From Oscillospiraceae bacterium (GTDB lineage Bacteria > Bacillota > Clostridia > Oscillospirales > CAG-272), in assembly GCA_015063325.1 (NCBI GenBank), contig SVUK01000004.1, forward strand, positions 75,825-139,824: DNA of 64,000 nucleotides, given 5' to 3'. Both the position numbers and the translations under genes were made by a program. Below the pieces are notes generated by a model, which was given only the letters and a program-made list of their open reading frames with translations, had not been told where the DNA came from and did no database searches. This document shows positions 15,500-25,163 of the stretch, piece after piece; the first letter of the stretch is position 1; every line of letters begins with the position of its first letter.

Positions 15500-17005
15500 T
15501 CACCTTACCGTTGCGCGCCGCGGAGCGCGTTCTTTTTCTTCTTCGCGTGCGACGGCGCGATATTTTTTCGCAATGGCATAGGCGGCTGCTTTTCCGCAGG
15601 CGGCGGCAATGGGAAGCCCTCCCGGCGCGCGTTGCCATTGGCAGGAAAAGGTCAGGTTTTCCAAGCCGGGGACCCTACCGTCCACCATTGTGGGTAATGT
15701 GCCGGCACCAAAGAAAAAGCTCATAAACGAGCCGATCTCGGCGCCTGTAAAGCGGCGGTAGGTTGCCGGGGTCCAAACGTCCAGGCAGTAACTGCGCCCT
15801 TCCAAAGAGGGAAATTTCTGCAAAATTAAGTCAAAAACCAGCGTGGCAAATTCCTGCTTTTTTTGATGGTAGGCAACGGGATCTTTGGAAAGGGTAATTG
15901 CCCGGCGCGCGGCGTCCTCAGTGCAGGGCAACATCGCTTGTAAAACCGTTTTTCCGGCAGGCGCGGCAGAAGGATCGTGAGAAAATTCGCGCAAAAGTAT
16001 CGTTTTGGAACCCAGCCGGAAGGCAAGGGTGGGCGAAAGCTCCCAAACGTAGTCGCCGCGGAAGGGAAGCGCTTCACGGTCGCAGGCAAAAGCACATTGA
16101 AAGGCGGAAAACCGGGAGAGACGAGGATGGTGATATTGTTTTGTAAAGGCTTTGGACATGGGCAGACCCAAAAGTTTCGGGAAGGCGACCGCAGGATCAA
16201 TGGTAAGAACGATTTCGTCGGCGTGCGCCGAAGTTCCGTCAGAAAAACGAACGCCGGCGGCGCGTCCGTCCTCGCAGTCAATGCAGGCGGCTTCCTTATT
16301 CAATAAAAGTTTGCCGCCAAGATCACGGAACCGTTCCACCATGCGGTTTGCCATCGGAATGGAACCGCCGATGGGAAGATCGGCATTTCCGCCGCAAAAA
16401 TGCGCCATGACAAACAACAGCGCAAGTGACGAGATTTCCTCCGAAAGAAACGAGGTCAAAAACGAGCGAATCAGCGGATGCCGAAACTTTGAGGCAAGCT
16501 CGCCCGTTGTCAAGTTGTAGTCGCGCAAAAGCGGAAAAGCGCCAAATAGGAGGGCGGAAGGCGTCAAACCGCGGTTTTTTCGGGGACCGCCGATTCCGCT
16601 TGCATTTTGCAGAGTGCGAACCGCGCGAGAAAGCCGACGGATCTCTCGCTTGTCGCAAGGGGAAAGAGAAAGCATATCGCGCTCCACGCGGTTCCAGTCG
16701 CGGTAAAGCGAAAGCGTCAGTCCGTCACATTCGCAGGTGTAAAGCGATTCGGGGCGCCAAACCGGAATGTTGTCTCCTAAAGCGCCAAGATCGTCCCACA
16801 TCTCATAAAGGGGAGAAGATGGGTTTGTGCCGGTCAGCCAGTGAATGCAGTTGTCAATCAAAAAATCGCCGCGCCGCCAGCCGGTCAAATTGCCGCCGGG
16901 CGTGGGGAGCTTTTCACAAATCACGGCGCGGTGCCCCAGCTTTTGTGCGTAAATACCGGCGGAAAGACCCGAAACGCCGCCGCCGATGATGAGAAGATCA
17001 GCCAT
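15500..17005 (-). CDS. FAD-dependent oxidoreductase, phytoene desaturase (CrtI)-like family
   Basis: N-terminal dinucleotide fold MADLLIIGGGVSGLSAGIYAQKLGHRAVICEKLPTPGG. About 500 aa. ATG 17005 follows AAGGAAAGGA. Confidence 0.75.
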   Translation of the reverse strand: MADLLIIGGGVSGLSAGIYAQKLGHRAVICEKLPTPGGNLTGWRRGDFLIDNCIHWLTGTNPSSPLYEMWDDLGALGDNIPVWRPESLYTCECDGLTLSLYRDWNRVERDMLSLSPCDKREIRRLSRAVRTLQNASGIGGPRKNRGLTPSALLFGAFPLLRDYNLTTGELASKFRHPLIRSFLTSFLSEEISSLALLFVMAHFCGGNADLPIGGSIPMANRMVERFRDLGGKLLLNKEAACIDCEDGRAAGVRFSDGTSAHADEIVLTIDPAVAFPKLLGLPMSKAFTKQYHHPRLSRFSAFQCAFACDREALPFRGDYVWELSPTLAFRLGSKTILLREFSHDPSAAPAGKTVLQAMLPCTEDAARRAITLSKDPVAYHQKKQEFATLVFDLILQKFPSLEGRSYCLDVWTPATYRRFTGAEIGSFMSFFFGAGTLPTMVDGRVPGLENLTFSCQWQRAPGGLPIAAACGKAAAYAIAKKYRAVAREEEKERAPRRATVR

Positions 17006-17296
17006 AATGAAATCCTTTCCTTTTTTTCTTTTCATTTTTCGGTAGTTTTTCCGAAAAAATGCAAGAATATGCAAGCAAAATTGAAATTTTTATTTTTGAA
17101 AAAATGCAGAAAAGGGGTACGTATGAATTGTATATATTCATATATTTATGAATAATAAGAAAGAACATAGTAATACTTAACCGGGGTAGAATTTGCAAAA
17201 AAACAGCAAAAATAAGTACAAATTATACAAAAACAGTTCTTTAAAACTGTGTTTTCTGTTCAAAACAGAAAAATCAAAAAATATTCAAAAAAGCAC

Positions 17297-17325
17297 TTGA
17301 CAAATGGATATTTATGCGCTATAAT
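17297..17325 (+). promoter_or_regulatory. Consensus sigma-A promoter of the amino-acid ABC transporter operon
   Basis: TTGACA, 17 nt, TATAAT. Confidence 0.75.
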
Positions 17326-17415
17326 GGCAACATCACAGGAACAGAGCACGGGAAAAGCGAACCCCGGAATCCGATCCCGTGCAAAAAACAAATTCCAATA
17401 ATGGAGGAAACAACA

Positions 17416-18240
17416 ATGAAAAAACTTCTCTCTCTCACACTGGCAGTGCTGATGATCGTTGCCTGCCTCGCCGCATTCGCGTCCTGCGGACAGAAAACAA
17501 CGACTGTTTATGTTGCCAAAGCAATTGAAGGCGTTGAAGTCGAGCGCTACGGCTATTGCATCTCCAAAACTGCTTCCAACCATGATGCCATTTTGGCAGC
17601 AATCAATGCAGTCATCTCTGAAACTGATATTGATGCAGTTGTTACTTATTATACCGCAGTTTCCAACGGCGAAACTCCGACCAACTCCATTGCAACCGTA
17701 GATTTGAGCGACAATACGAACGGAACGCTTGATATCTACACCTGCTCCGGCTTTGAACCGTATGAGTTTATTGATAATGACGGTTCGACTGTAATCGGCG
17801 TGGACATTTACCTTATGCAACTGGTAGCTGAAAAGCTGAATATGACAATTAACGTTCAGGATGTGGACTTTGACGGAATCGTCGGTTCGATTGCAGTAAA
17901 AGATAACGCAATTGGAGCCGCAGGTATTACTATTAACGAAGACAGAAAGAAAAATGTAGATTTTTCGGATCCTTATTTCTCTTCTCTCCAGTACATTATC
18001 AGCAAGGATAGCGAGAGCTTTACCAGCCTTTCAAACCTCGCCGGCAAAAAGATCGGCGTTCAAAAAGGCACGACCGGTTGCATGATGGTTACCGAGGCAA
18101 TTGAGAACGGCGTTTTGAAAGGAACGGGTGCTACTGTAGTCGAATATGATACCGGTGCAGTTGCATTCACCGCCATGAAACAAGGCAAGTGTGATTTCGT
18201 TGTAATCGACGAGTTGCCCGCACAAAAGCTGGTAAAATAA
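17416..18240 (+). CDS. Amino-acid ABC transporter substrate-binding lipoprotein (SBP family 3)
   Basis: Lipobox LAAFASC. Also GFEPYEF, VDFSDPY and GVQKGTTG motifs. SD GGAGG. Confidence 0.85.
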   Translation: MKKLLSLTLAVLMIVACLAAFASCGQKTTTVYVAKAIEGVEVERYGYCISKTASNHDAILAAINAVISETDIDAVVTYYTAVSNGETPTNSIATVDLSDNTNGTLDIYTCSGFEPYEFIDNDGSTVIGVDIYLMQLVAEKLNMTINVQDVDFDGIVGSIAVKDNAIGAAGITINEDRKKNVDFSDPYFSSLQYIISKDSESFTSLSNLAGKKIGVQKGTTGCMMVTEAIENGVLKGTGATVVEYDTGAVAFTAMKQGKCDFVVIDELPAQKLVK

Positions 18241-18302
18241 TCATTTTCGAATGATGTAAGAAGGCAGGGTGATATGCCCTGCCTTCCTTTCGGAGGATAA
18301 GA

Positions 18303-18986
18303 GTGGATAATTTTTTTGAAAAATTCTATGAGGCAGTCATTATTCAAGACCGCTGGAAATGGTATTTGTCCGGTCTTGGAAAAACGCTGCTCATTTCTTT
18401 GGGTGCAATTGCAATCGGCGTCTTCCTCGGCATTTTGGTTGCATTGATTACTTATATCAATAAAAAGTTTGGAAAGTTTAAAATTCTCCGGCAAATCTGC
18501 AATGTGTATCTTGCAATTTTCCGGGGTACTCCTGTTTATGTCCAGTTGCTTATCATGTATCTCATCGTGCTGGTCAACTCCCCAACGCTTTGGACGGCGA
18601 TTTTGACGTTTGGTATCAATTCCGGCGCTTACGTGGCAGAAATTATCCGAAGCGGACTGGAAAGTGTTGACGGAGGGCAATTGGAGGCAGGAAGTGCGCT
18701 TGGTTTAAACCGCTTCAAGGTTATGATCAGAATTGTACTTCCGCAGGGTTTCCGAGTTGCTCTTCCGCCGCTTTGCAACGAGTTCATTGCGCTGATCAAA
18801 GAGACTTCGATTGTCGGAACGATCGGCGAGGTCGATTTGACGAAGGTTGCGGCAAGAATTGTGGCACGAACCTATGAGCCGTTTGTTCCGTATATTATGA
18901 TTGCACTTATGTATCTTGTGATTGTGATTGTACTGACAAAACTGCTCAAGCTTCTCGAAAGGAGGCTCGCTCGAAGTGACAGATAA
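18303..18986 (+). CDS. Amino-acid ABC transporter permease (HisMQ family)
   Basis: [12 protein letters not shown] and the EAA-loop-like [25 protein letters not shown] start after GGAGGA. Confidence 0.85.
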   Translation: MDNFFEKFYEAVIIQDRWKWYLSGLGKTLLISLGAIAIGVFLGILVALITYINKKFGKFKILRQICNVYLAIFRGTPVYVQLLIMYLIVLVNSPTLWTAILTFGINSGAYVAEIIRSGLESVDGGQLEAGSALGLNRFKVMIRIVLPQGFRVALPPLCNEFIALIKETSIVGTIGEVDLTKVAARIVARTYEPFVPYIMIALMYLVIVIVLTKLLKLLERRLARSDR

Positions 18987-19941
18987 TCGTTCATCATCTA
19001 ACTTGATTTGGTATGATCCGGATGCCAAAAAGGATTCTCTTTTGCAAATTTGCGGTTTGTATAAGAACTTTAAAAAATTAAGTGTGCTAAAGGGTGTTTC
19101 ATGCAACATTAAAAAGGGAGAAAAAGTTGTTATTCTCGGACCATCCGGCAGTGGAAAATCCACCTGTTTGCGTTGCATGAATCTGCTTGAAACACCAACT
19201 TACGGGGAAATTTGGTTTGAAGGCAAGCTTTTGACGCCGGTTGATCCGTATCTTCATGCCGAGATTATAAGGAAGTCCAAAACCTATCAAACGCTTGCCG
19301 CAAAAAACAACGGCAAAAACGATTTTGAAATTCTCAAAGAAATCAAGGAAAACGACCTTTTGAAATTGCATGGAGAAGGCGGCGATTACAAAAAAGCAAT
19401 CAAAGAATTCTATAAAAACAACGCGAAAAATGTCAACCTTGCAAGACAAAAGATCGGCATGGTGTTCCAGCATTTCAATTTGTTTAACAACTATACCGTG
19501 CTTGGAAATCTGACGCTTGCGCCGGTTGAATTAAAGCTGAAAACAAAAGCCGAAGCCGAGAAAAAAGCCATGGAACTTTTGCGCCGCATCGGTCTTGAGG
19601 ACAAAGCGCAGGTTTATCCCTCCACGCTTTCTGGCGGACAAAAACAACGCGTTGCCATTGTCAGAAGTCTGATGATGGATCCGGACGTCATGCTGTTTGA
19701 CGAGCCGACCTCGGCGCTTGATCCCGAAATGGTGGGCGAGGTGCTGGATCTGATCCGTGAACTTGCCGATGAGGGGATGACGGTGGTCATCGTCACGCAC
19801 GAGATGGGTTTTGCGCGTGAGGTTGCCGACCGGGTGCTCTTTATGGACGGCGGTGTGATCGCCGAGGAGGGCAATCCGAAGGAATTGTTCGCCAACCCCA
19901 AAAATCCGAGAACCAAAGAGTTTTTAAGCAAAGTCCTTTGA
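18976..19941 (+). CDS. Amino-acid ABC transporter ATP-binding protein carrying a ~65-aa insertion
   Basis: Walker [10 protein letters not shown], signature LSGGQKQR, Walker [12 protein letters not shown]. The protein is 321 aa versus about 240 aa for canonical GlnQ-type proteins. The GTG start is uncertain. Confidence 0.85.
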   Translation: MTDNRSSSNLIWYDPDAKKDSLLQICGLYKNFKKLSVLKGVSCNIKKGEKVVILGPSGSGKSTCLRCMNLLETPTYGEIWFEGKLLTPVDPYLHAEIIRKSKTYQTLAAKNNGKNDFEILKEIKENDLLKLHGEGGDYKKAIKEFYKNNAKNVNLARQKIGMVFQHFNLFNNYTVLGNLTLAPVELKLKTKAEAEKKAMELLRRIGLEDKAQVYPSTLSGGQKQRVAIVRSLMMDPDVMLFDEPTSALDPEMVGEVLDLIRELADEGMTVVIVTHEMGFAREVADRVLFMDGGVIAEEGNPKELFANPKNPRTKEFLSKVL

Positions 19942-19959
19942 TTTACTCGGCATAAAGTG

Positions 19960-20000
19960 AAAAAACGACGGTTTTGTTTTGAAAAACCGTCGTTTTTTCT
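19960..20000 (+). terminator. Intrinsic terminator of the ABC transporter operon
   Basis: AAAAAACGACGGTTTT-gttttga-AAAACCGTCGTTTTTT. Confidence 0.85.
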
Positions 20001-20019
20001 TGATTTCGGGAAAAATCGC

Positions 20020-20048
20020 TTGATTTTCCAAAAATAAGTTGGTATAAT
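20020..20048 (+). promoter_or_regulatory. Sigma-A promoter of pepF (extended -10)
   Basis: TTGATT, 17 nt ending in TGg, then TATAAT. Confidence 0.7.
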
Positions 20049-20107
20049 ATAGCATGGAAAGATATGAGTATTTTTTTCTTAAAAAATTAGGAAAGGAACT
20101 TTTTAAC

Positions 20108-21904
20108 ATGGCAAACAAGATCCCGAAACGCAGTGAAGTACGTGTAGAAGACACCTGGAATCTGACCGATATTTTCCCGAACGACGAGGCGTGGCTTGCC
20201 GAATACAAAGAGTTGCAAAACGCGCCTGCCAAAGTTGCCGCTCATAAAGGAAAGTTGGGTGAGAGCGCAAAGAACCTGCTTGTGTGGTTTGAAGAGCAGG
20301 ACGAGCTGTCGGTTCGCCTGACCAAATTCTATGGCTATGCAAGCTGCAAGAGCGACGAAGATACCGGAAACGGTACCTATCAGGATTTTCGTGCCAAGGC
20401 GATTTCCACCATTGTTGCCATCAGTAGCGCGGCGGCATTCGCAACGCCCGAGATTATGGCGATTGAGGAGGAAACGCTGGATAGTTTTTACGCCGCCGAG
20501 CCGAAACTGGAGACCTATCGCCGTTCGCTTTATCAAATTCGTCGCCGCAAAGCGCACATTCTTTCGCCTGCCGAGGAGAAATTGCTGGCAGGAGCCGGGG
20601 AAATGGCGAATGCACCCGAACAGATCGGCAGTGTTCTGCGCGACGCCGATATGACTTATCCGGACGTGACTGACGGAGAGGGCAATGTTCATCCATTGAC
20701 CGACGGAACGCTTGTTCCGCTCCTTATGTCTTCTGATCGAGAGCTACGCAAAAACACCTTTCAGACCTACTACAAACGGTTGGGCGAATTCCGCAACACC
20801 ATTGCCGCAACGCTGGACGCGCAGTTCCGCCAGCTCAAATTCTACGCAAACGCACGCTCCTACAGCTCCACCATCGAGGCATCGCTGGACAATACCGAGG
20901 TCCCCGTTCCGGTTTATCTTAATCTGATCGAGGCGGTTCATCAGAATCTGCCCAAAATGTACCGTTATGTAGCCCTACGCAAAAAGATCATGGGTGTAGA
21001 CGAGCTGCATATGTACGACGTTTACCCACCCATTATTCCGGATGCCGACATCAAAATTTCCTTTGAGGAAGCCAAGAAAACGGTGCTGGAAGCGCTCGCC
21101 GTTTTGGGTGAGGACTATACCGCACTCTTGCGCCAAGGCTTTGAAAACCGCTGGATTGACATTTACGAGAACGTCGGTAAACGCGGCGGTGCTTATTCCT
21201 CCGGCAACAGCTATCCGCACCCTTACGTCTTGCTCAACCACAAGGACAATTTGGATAGTATGTTTACGTTGGCGCATGAGATGGGACACGCGCTCCATAG
21301 TTATCATTCCTGCAAATATCAGCCGACCAACACCGCCGACTACGTGATTTTCGTTGCCGAGGTTGCCTCTACCTGCAACGAGGTGCTTCTTATGCGTTAT
21401 TTGCTGAATAAGACCACAGATAAAAAACAGCGCGCATATTTGATCAACCATTTTCTGGATCAATTCAAGGGAACTGTCTATCGTCAAACCATGTTTGCCG
21501 AGTTTGAGCTGACGATGGGAAAAATGACCGAGCAGAACGAAACGCTCACGGCGGATGCACTCTGTGAAAAGTATCACGCACTGAACAAACTCTATTTCGG
21601 CGAGGATATGATTTCGGACGACGAAATTGCACTGGAATGGGCGCGTATTCCGCATTTCTTCTATAACTACTATGTGTTCCAGTACGCTACCGGATTCAGC
21701 GCGGCGGTTGCCATTGCCAACCGTATCCTTAAGGAAGGAGCACCGGCGGTTGCCGACTACAAAAAGTTCCTTTCGGGCGGCTCCAGCGCCGATCCCATCA
21801 GCTTGCTCAAAATTGCCGGCGTGGATATGTCCACCCCCGATCCCGTCAACAGCGCGCTTGAGTTGTTTGGTTCTCTTGTTGACGAGCTGGAAACACTGAT
21901 TTGA
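20108..21904 (+). CDS. pepF: Oligoendopeptidase F (M3B family)
   Basis: RSEVRVEDTWNLTDIF N-terminus, zinc motif HEMGHALH, 598 aa. Confidence 0.9.
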   Translation: MANKIPKRSEVRVEDTWNLTDIFPNDEAWLAEYKELQNAPAKVAAHKGKLGESAKNLLVWFEEQDELSVRLTKFYGYASCKSDEDTGNGTYQDFRAKAISTIVAISSAAAFATPEIMAIEEETLDSFYAAEPKLETYRRSLYQIRRRKAHILSPAEEKLLAGAGEMANAPEQIGSVLRDADMTYPDVTDGEGNVHPLTDGTLVPLLMSSDRELRKNTFQTYYKRLGEFRNTIAATLDAQFRQLKFYANARSYSSTIEASLDNTEVPVPVYLNLIEAVHQNLPKMYRYVALRKKIMGVDELHMYDVYPPIIPDADIKISFEEAKKTVLEALAVLGEDYTALLRQGFENRWIDIYENVGKRGGAYSSGNSYPHPYVLLNHKDNLDSMFTLAHEMGHALHSYHSCKYQPTNTADYVIFVAEVASTCNEVLLMRYLLNKTTDKKQRAYLINHFLDQFKGTVYRQTMFAEFELTMGKMTEQNETLTADALCEKYHALNKLYFGEDMISDDEIALEWARIPHFFYNYYVFQYATGFSAAVAIANRILKEGAPAVADYKKFLSGGSSADPISLLKIAGVDMSTPDPVNSALELFGSLVDELETLI

Positions 21905-21943
21905 AAAAGCAGAAAATAATTGGCAATTTTTTCACAAAACCTC

Positions 21944-21972
21944 TTGATAATTCTTTTTATTTATGATATAGT
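21944..21972 (+). promoter_or_regulatory. Sigma-A promoter of pgk-tpiA
   Basis: TTGATA, 17 nt, TATAGT. Confidence 0.65.
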
Positions 21973-22017
21973 AATTGAGGAATTTTTTCTAAATTCAAAT
22001 TGAAAGGAAATTAAACC

Positions 22018-23328
22018 ATGACCTACAATAAAAAATCAATCGAAGACGTTGAGATCAAAGCCGGTCAGAAAGTGTTCGTCCGTTGCGACTTCAACGTTCC
22101 TATGAAGGACGGCGTAATCACCTCGGATAAGCGCATCGTCGGCGCACTTCCCACCATCAAATATCTGATGGGCAAAGGAGCAAAGGTCATCCTCTCCTCC
22201 CACATGGGCAAACCGCACGCCATCTTCACCCCCAACTTCAAGCTCGATAAGAAAGAGCAAAAGAAGATCGACGCACTTCCCGAGGGCGAGCGCGAGGCCG
22301 CAACTGCCGAGCTCAAAGAGAAAGCTCTCAAAAACGATCCCGTCAAATTCACCCTCAAGCCGGTTGCCGACCGCCTGAACAAGGACCTGGACGGCAAAGT
22401 TGCGTTTGCAACCGATATCATCGGCGAGGATGCCAAGGCGAAGATTGCCGCAATGAAGGACGGCACCTGCGTACTGATTGAGAACGTTCGTTTTGACGCA
22501 CGCGAGACCAAGAACGATCCTGCGTTTGCAAAAGCATTGGCAGACCTTGCCGGCGAGGGCGGTCTGTTCGTCAACGACGCATTCGGAACCGCACATCGCG
22601 CCCATGCTTCCACTGCCGGTGTTGCCGATTATCTGCCTGCCGTATGCGGTTACCTGATTCAGAAAGAGATCAGCATTATGGGCAAGGCGCTGGAGGATCC
22701 GGCTCGTCCCTTTGTTGCCATTTTGGGCGGCGCAAAGGTCTCGGATAAAATCGGCGTTATCAACAGTCTGATCGAAAAGTGCGATACTCTCATCATCGGC
22801 GGCGGTATGGCATATACCTTCTTTGCCGCAAAGGGATTTACCTACGGAACTTCGATTTGCGAGACCGATAAGATTGACCTTGCAAAAGAAATTATGCAAA
22901 AGGCAAAGGAAAAGGGCGTCAACTTCCTGCTTCCCGTTGACAACGTTATCGGACGCGATTACAACGAGAACACCGTGTTCATGCGGATTTATTCCAACGC
23001 CATTCCGGACGGCTGGATGGGCTTGGATATCGGACCGGTTACGCGCGAGCTGTTTGCAAAGACCATTCAGGGCGCAGGCACCGTCGTTTGGAACGGACCG
23101 ATGGGCGTTTCCGAATGGAAGAACTTTGCCGCCGGAACCGAAGCGGTTGCCGAGGCGGTTGCAAACAGCGGCGCAGTTTCCATTATCGGCGGCGGCGACT
23201 CTGCCGAGGCAGTCGAGCGTTTGGGCTACGGTCCGAAAATGACGCATATTTCCACCGGTGGCGGCGCGTCGCTTGAGTTCCTGGAAGGTTTGGAACTTCC
23301 CGGCATCGCCTGCCTGCAGGATAAATAA
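22018..23328 (+). CDS. pgk: Phosphoglycerate kinase (with a ~35-aa insertion after the N-terminal SHxGKP motif)
   Basis: [40 protein letters not shown] and [14 protein letters not shown]. Confidence 0.95.
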   Translation: MTYNKKSIEDVEIKAGQKVFVRCDFNVPMKDGVITSDKRIVGALPTIKYLMGKGAKVILSSHMGKPHAIFTPNFKLDKKEQKKIDALPEGEREAATAELKEKALKNDPVKFTLKPVADRLNKDLDGKVAFATDIIGEDAKAKIAAMKDGTCVLIENVRFDARETKNDPAFAKALADLAGEGGLFVNDAFGTAHRAHASTAGVADYLPAVCGYLIQKEISIMGKALEDPARPFVAILGGAKVSDKIGVINSLIEKCDTLIIGGGMAYTFFAAKGFTYGTSICETDKIDLAKEIMQKAKEKGVNFLLPVDNVIGRDYNENTVFMRIYSNAIPDGWMGLDIGPVTRELFAKTIQGAGTVVWNGPMGVSEWKNFAAGTEAVAEAVANSGAVSIIGGGDSAEAVERLGYGPKMTHISTGGGASLEFLEGLELPGIACLQDK

Positions 23329-23359
23329 AAAAAGATCATCCGATCAAAAGGAGAACAAC

Positions 23360-24115
23360 ATGAGAAGAACGGTAATTGCCGGAAACTGGAAAATGAACTT
23401 TACCCCTTCCGAGGCAAAGGCGTTTATCAATGCCGTGAAACCTTTGGTTGCTGGGAAGAATGGTTGCGACGTTATTTTCTGCGCTCCCTATGTAACCATT
23501 GCCGCCGCGCAGGAAGCTGCAAAGGGGTCGAATATCAAAATCGGCGCCGAGAACGTCCATTTTGCCGAAAAAGGTGCCTACACCGGCGAGGTTTCTGCTA
23601 AAATGCTGACCGAATGCGGCGTGGAGTACGTTATCATCGGGCATTCGGAACGCCGCCAATATTTTGGCGAGACCGACGAAACGGTCAACCTGCGCACCAA
23701 AGCGGCGCTTGCCGCAGGGATGAAGGTCATCCTCTGCCTCGGCGAAGTTAAGGATCAGCGCCTCTCGGGCATCACCGACGAGGTTGTTGCCATGCAGACC
23801 AAGCTGGACCTCAAGGACGTAACCGCTGAGGAAATGAAAAATATTATCATCGCTTACGAGCCGGTTTGGGCGATCGGAACGGGACTTACCGCAACGCCCG
23901 AGCAGGCGGAAGAAACCTGCGGTGTGATCCGCAAGACGTTGGCTTCCATGTACGGCGAAAAAGTCGCCGAGGAGACCACCATTCAGTACGGCGGTTCGAT
24001 GAACGAAAAGAACGCCGCCGAGCTGCTTGCAAAACCGAACGTAGACGGCGGACTGATCGGCGGGGCTTCGCTGGTTCCCGAAAAATTTGCCGCCATCGTC
24101 GAAGCGGCGCAGTAA
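23360..24115 (+). CDS. tpiA: Triose-phosphate isomerase
   Basis: VIAGNWKMN, IIGHSERR, AYEPVWAIGTG and GGLIGGASL. SD AAGGAGA. Confidence 0.95.
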   Translation: MRRTVIAGNWKMNFTPSEAKAFINAVKPLVAGKNGCDVIFCAPYVTIAAAQEAAKGSNIKIGAENVHFAEKGAYTGEVSAKMLTECGVEYVIIGHSERRQYFGETDETVNLRTKAALAAGMKVILCLGEVKDQRLSGITDEVVAMQTKLDLKDVTAEEMKNIIIAYEPVWAIGTGLTATPEQAEETCGVIRKTLASMYGEKVAEETTIQYGGSMNEKNAAELLAKPNVDGGLIGGASLVPEKFAAIVEAAQ

Positions 24116-24121
24116 CGAAGC

Positions 24122-24162
24122 AAAAAAAGAAAGCCGGAAGGAAAATTCCTTCCGGCTTTTTC
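24122..24162. terminator. Bidirectional terminator between tpiA and coaW
   Basis: AAAGCCGGAAGG-aaaatt-CCTTCCGGCTTT, flanked by an A-run and a T-run. Confidence 0.85.
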
Positions 24163-24174
24163 TATGCGCCGGGT

Positions 24175-25029
24175 TCAGTTGTTCAATTCCGAAAGCGCCG
24201 CGCCGATCACCGTGCCGAACTGCGCGTTTTCGGGAATGTGGAAGTTCACGCCGAAACTTTCGGAAAGATTGGTAAAGGCGTTTTGAATGGGAACGATCGA
24301 GGTCAGGTTGCCGGTCAGAACAATATCGCGGATCCCGTTTGCGCGCGCTGCGAAAATCGAGAGCATGGCAACCGTTTCGGCAATCATATTGGCAACGCCA
24401 AGAGCTATGTCGGCTGGGCTGGCGAGGTCGGAGACGTTGCCGAAGTTCGCGGCGGTCAGATTTTCGTTAATACCGCTGTAAAGGTGGTTGCGCGAAATGT
24501 CCTTGATTCGCAGGTCAATGTTAGCAAGGTCACCGTCTTTGGCAAGCTGCTCAATGTGGTCAATGTTGTCAACGCCCAAAAGTTTGCGGCAAAGCCCAAC
24601 CAGCGTGCCGCCGCCCATGCCGGTACCGCCGAGATATTCGGTAGTTGCCTTTTTGCCGTCAAAACGGGCGTGGATCAGCGCTGTTCCGGTGCCGAGACTG
24701 ACGACGATGGCGTCTTTCAAGCCGGAAAGCCAAAGACCGCCAATGCCAATGCAGGTAAATTCAGGGACCGTTTTGCAATCCAAATCATAAATCGGCTTGG
24801 TGAGAAACGAGGAGCCGGCACCGGTGATCAAAATGCGGTCAATATCCGCCAGCTCCAAATTGTTCTGCGCGGTAAATTTGCCGAACGCACCGTAAACCGA
24901 GGTCAGCGGGTCGGTCGCTTTTACAAATTGCGGGGCAATGATCTGCGGTTCTTTGTCGTTCGATTTGCGAAATCCAACGATTTTTGTGGTCGTTCCGCCA
25001 ACGTCAATGCCGATCACGGTTTTTTTCAT
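24175..25029 (-). CDS. coaW: Type II pantothenate kinase
   Basis: MKKTVIGIDVGGTTTKIVGF and later GGTGMGGGTLVGL, an ASKHA fold matching the Staphylococcus-type PanK pattern. ATG 25029 follows GGGAGAAAGGAAGG. Confidence 0.78.
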   Translation of the reverse strand: MKKTVIGIDVGGTTTKIVGFRKSNDKEPQIIAPQFVKATDPLTSVYGAFGKFTAQNNLELADIDRILITGAGSSFLTKPIYDLDCKTVPEFTCIGIGGLWLSGLKDAIVVSLGTGTALIHARFDGKKATTEYLGGTGMGGGTLVGLCRKLLGVDNIDHIEQLAKDGDLANIDLRIKDISRNHLYSGINENLTAANFGNVSDLASPADIALGVANMIAETVAMLSIFAARANGIRDIVLTGNLTSIVPIQNAFTNLSESFGVNFHIPENAQFGTVIGAALSELNN

Positions 25030-25163
25030 ACTTCTGCCTTCCTTTCTCCCCAAAAAAACGGGGGCGAAAAAAGAATCTGCCATTATTATAGCATACCCTT
25101 GCTTTTTTTGCAAGGTCATGGTATAATTTAATGGAAAAATCTGCAAAAAGGAGGGAAAGGATC

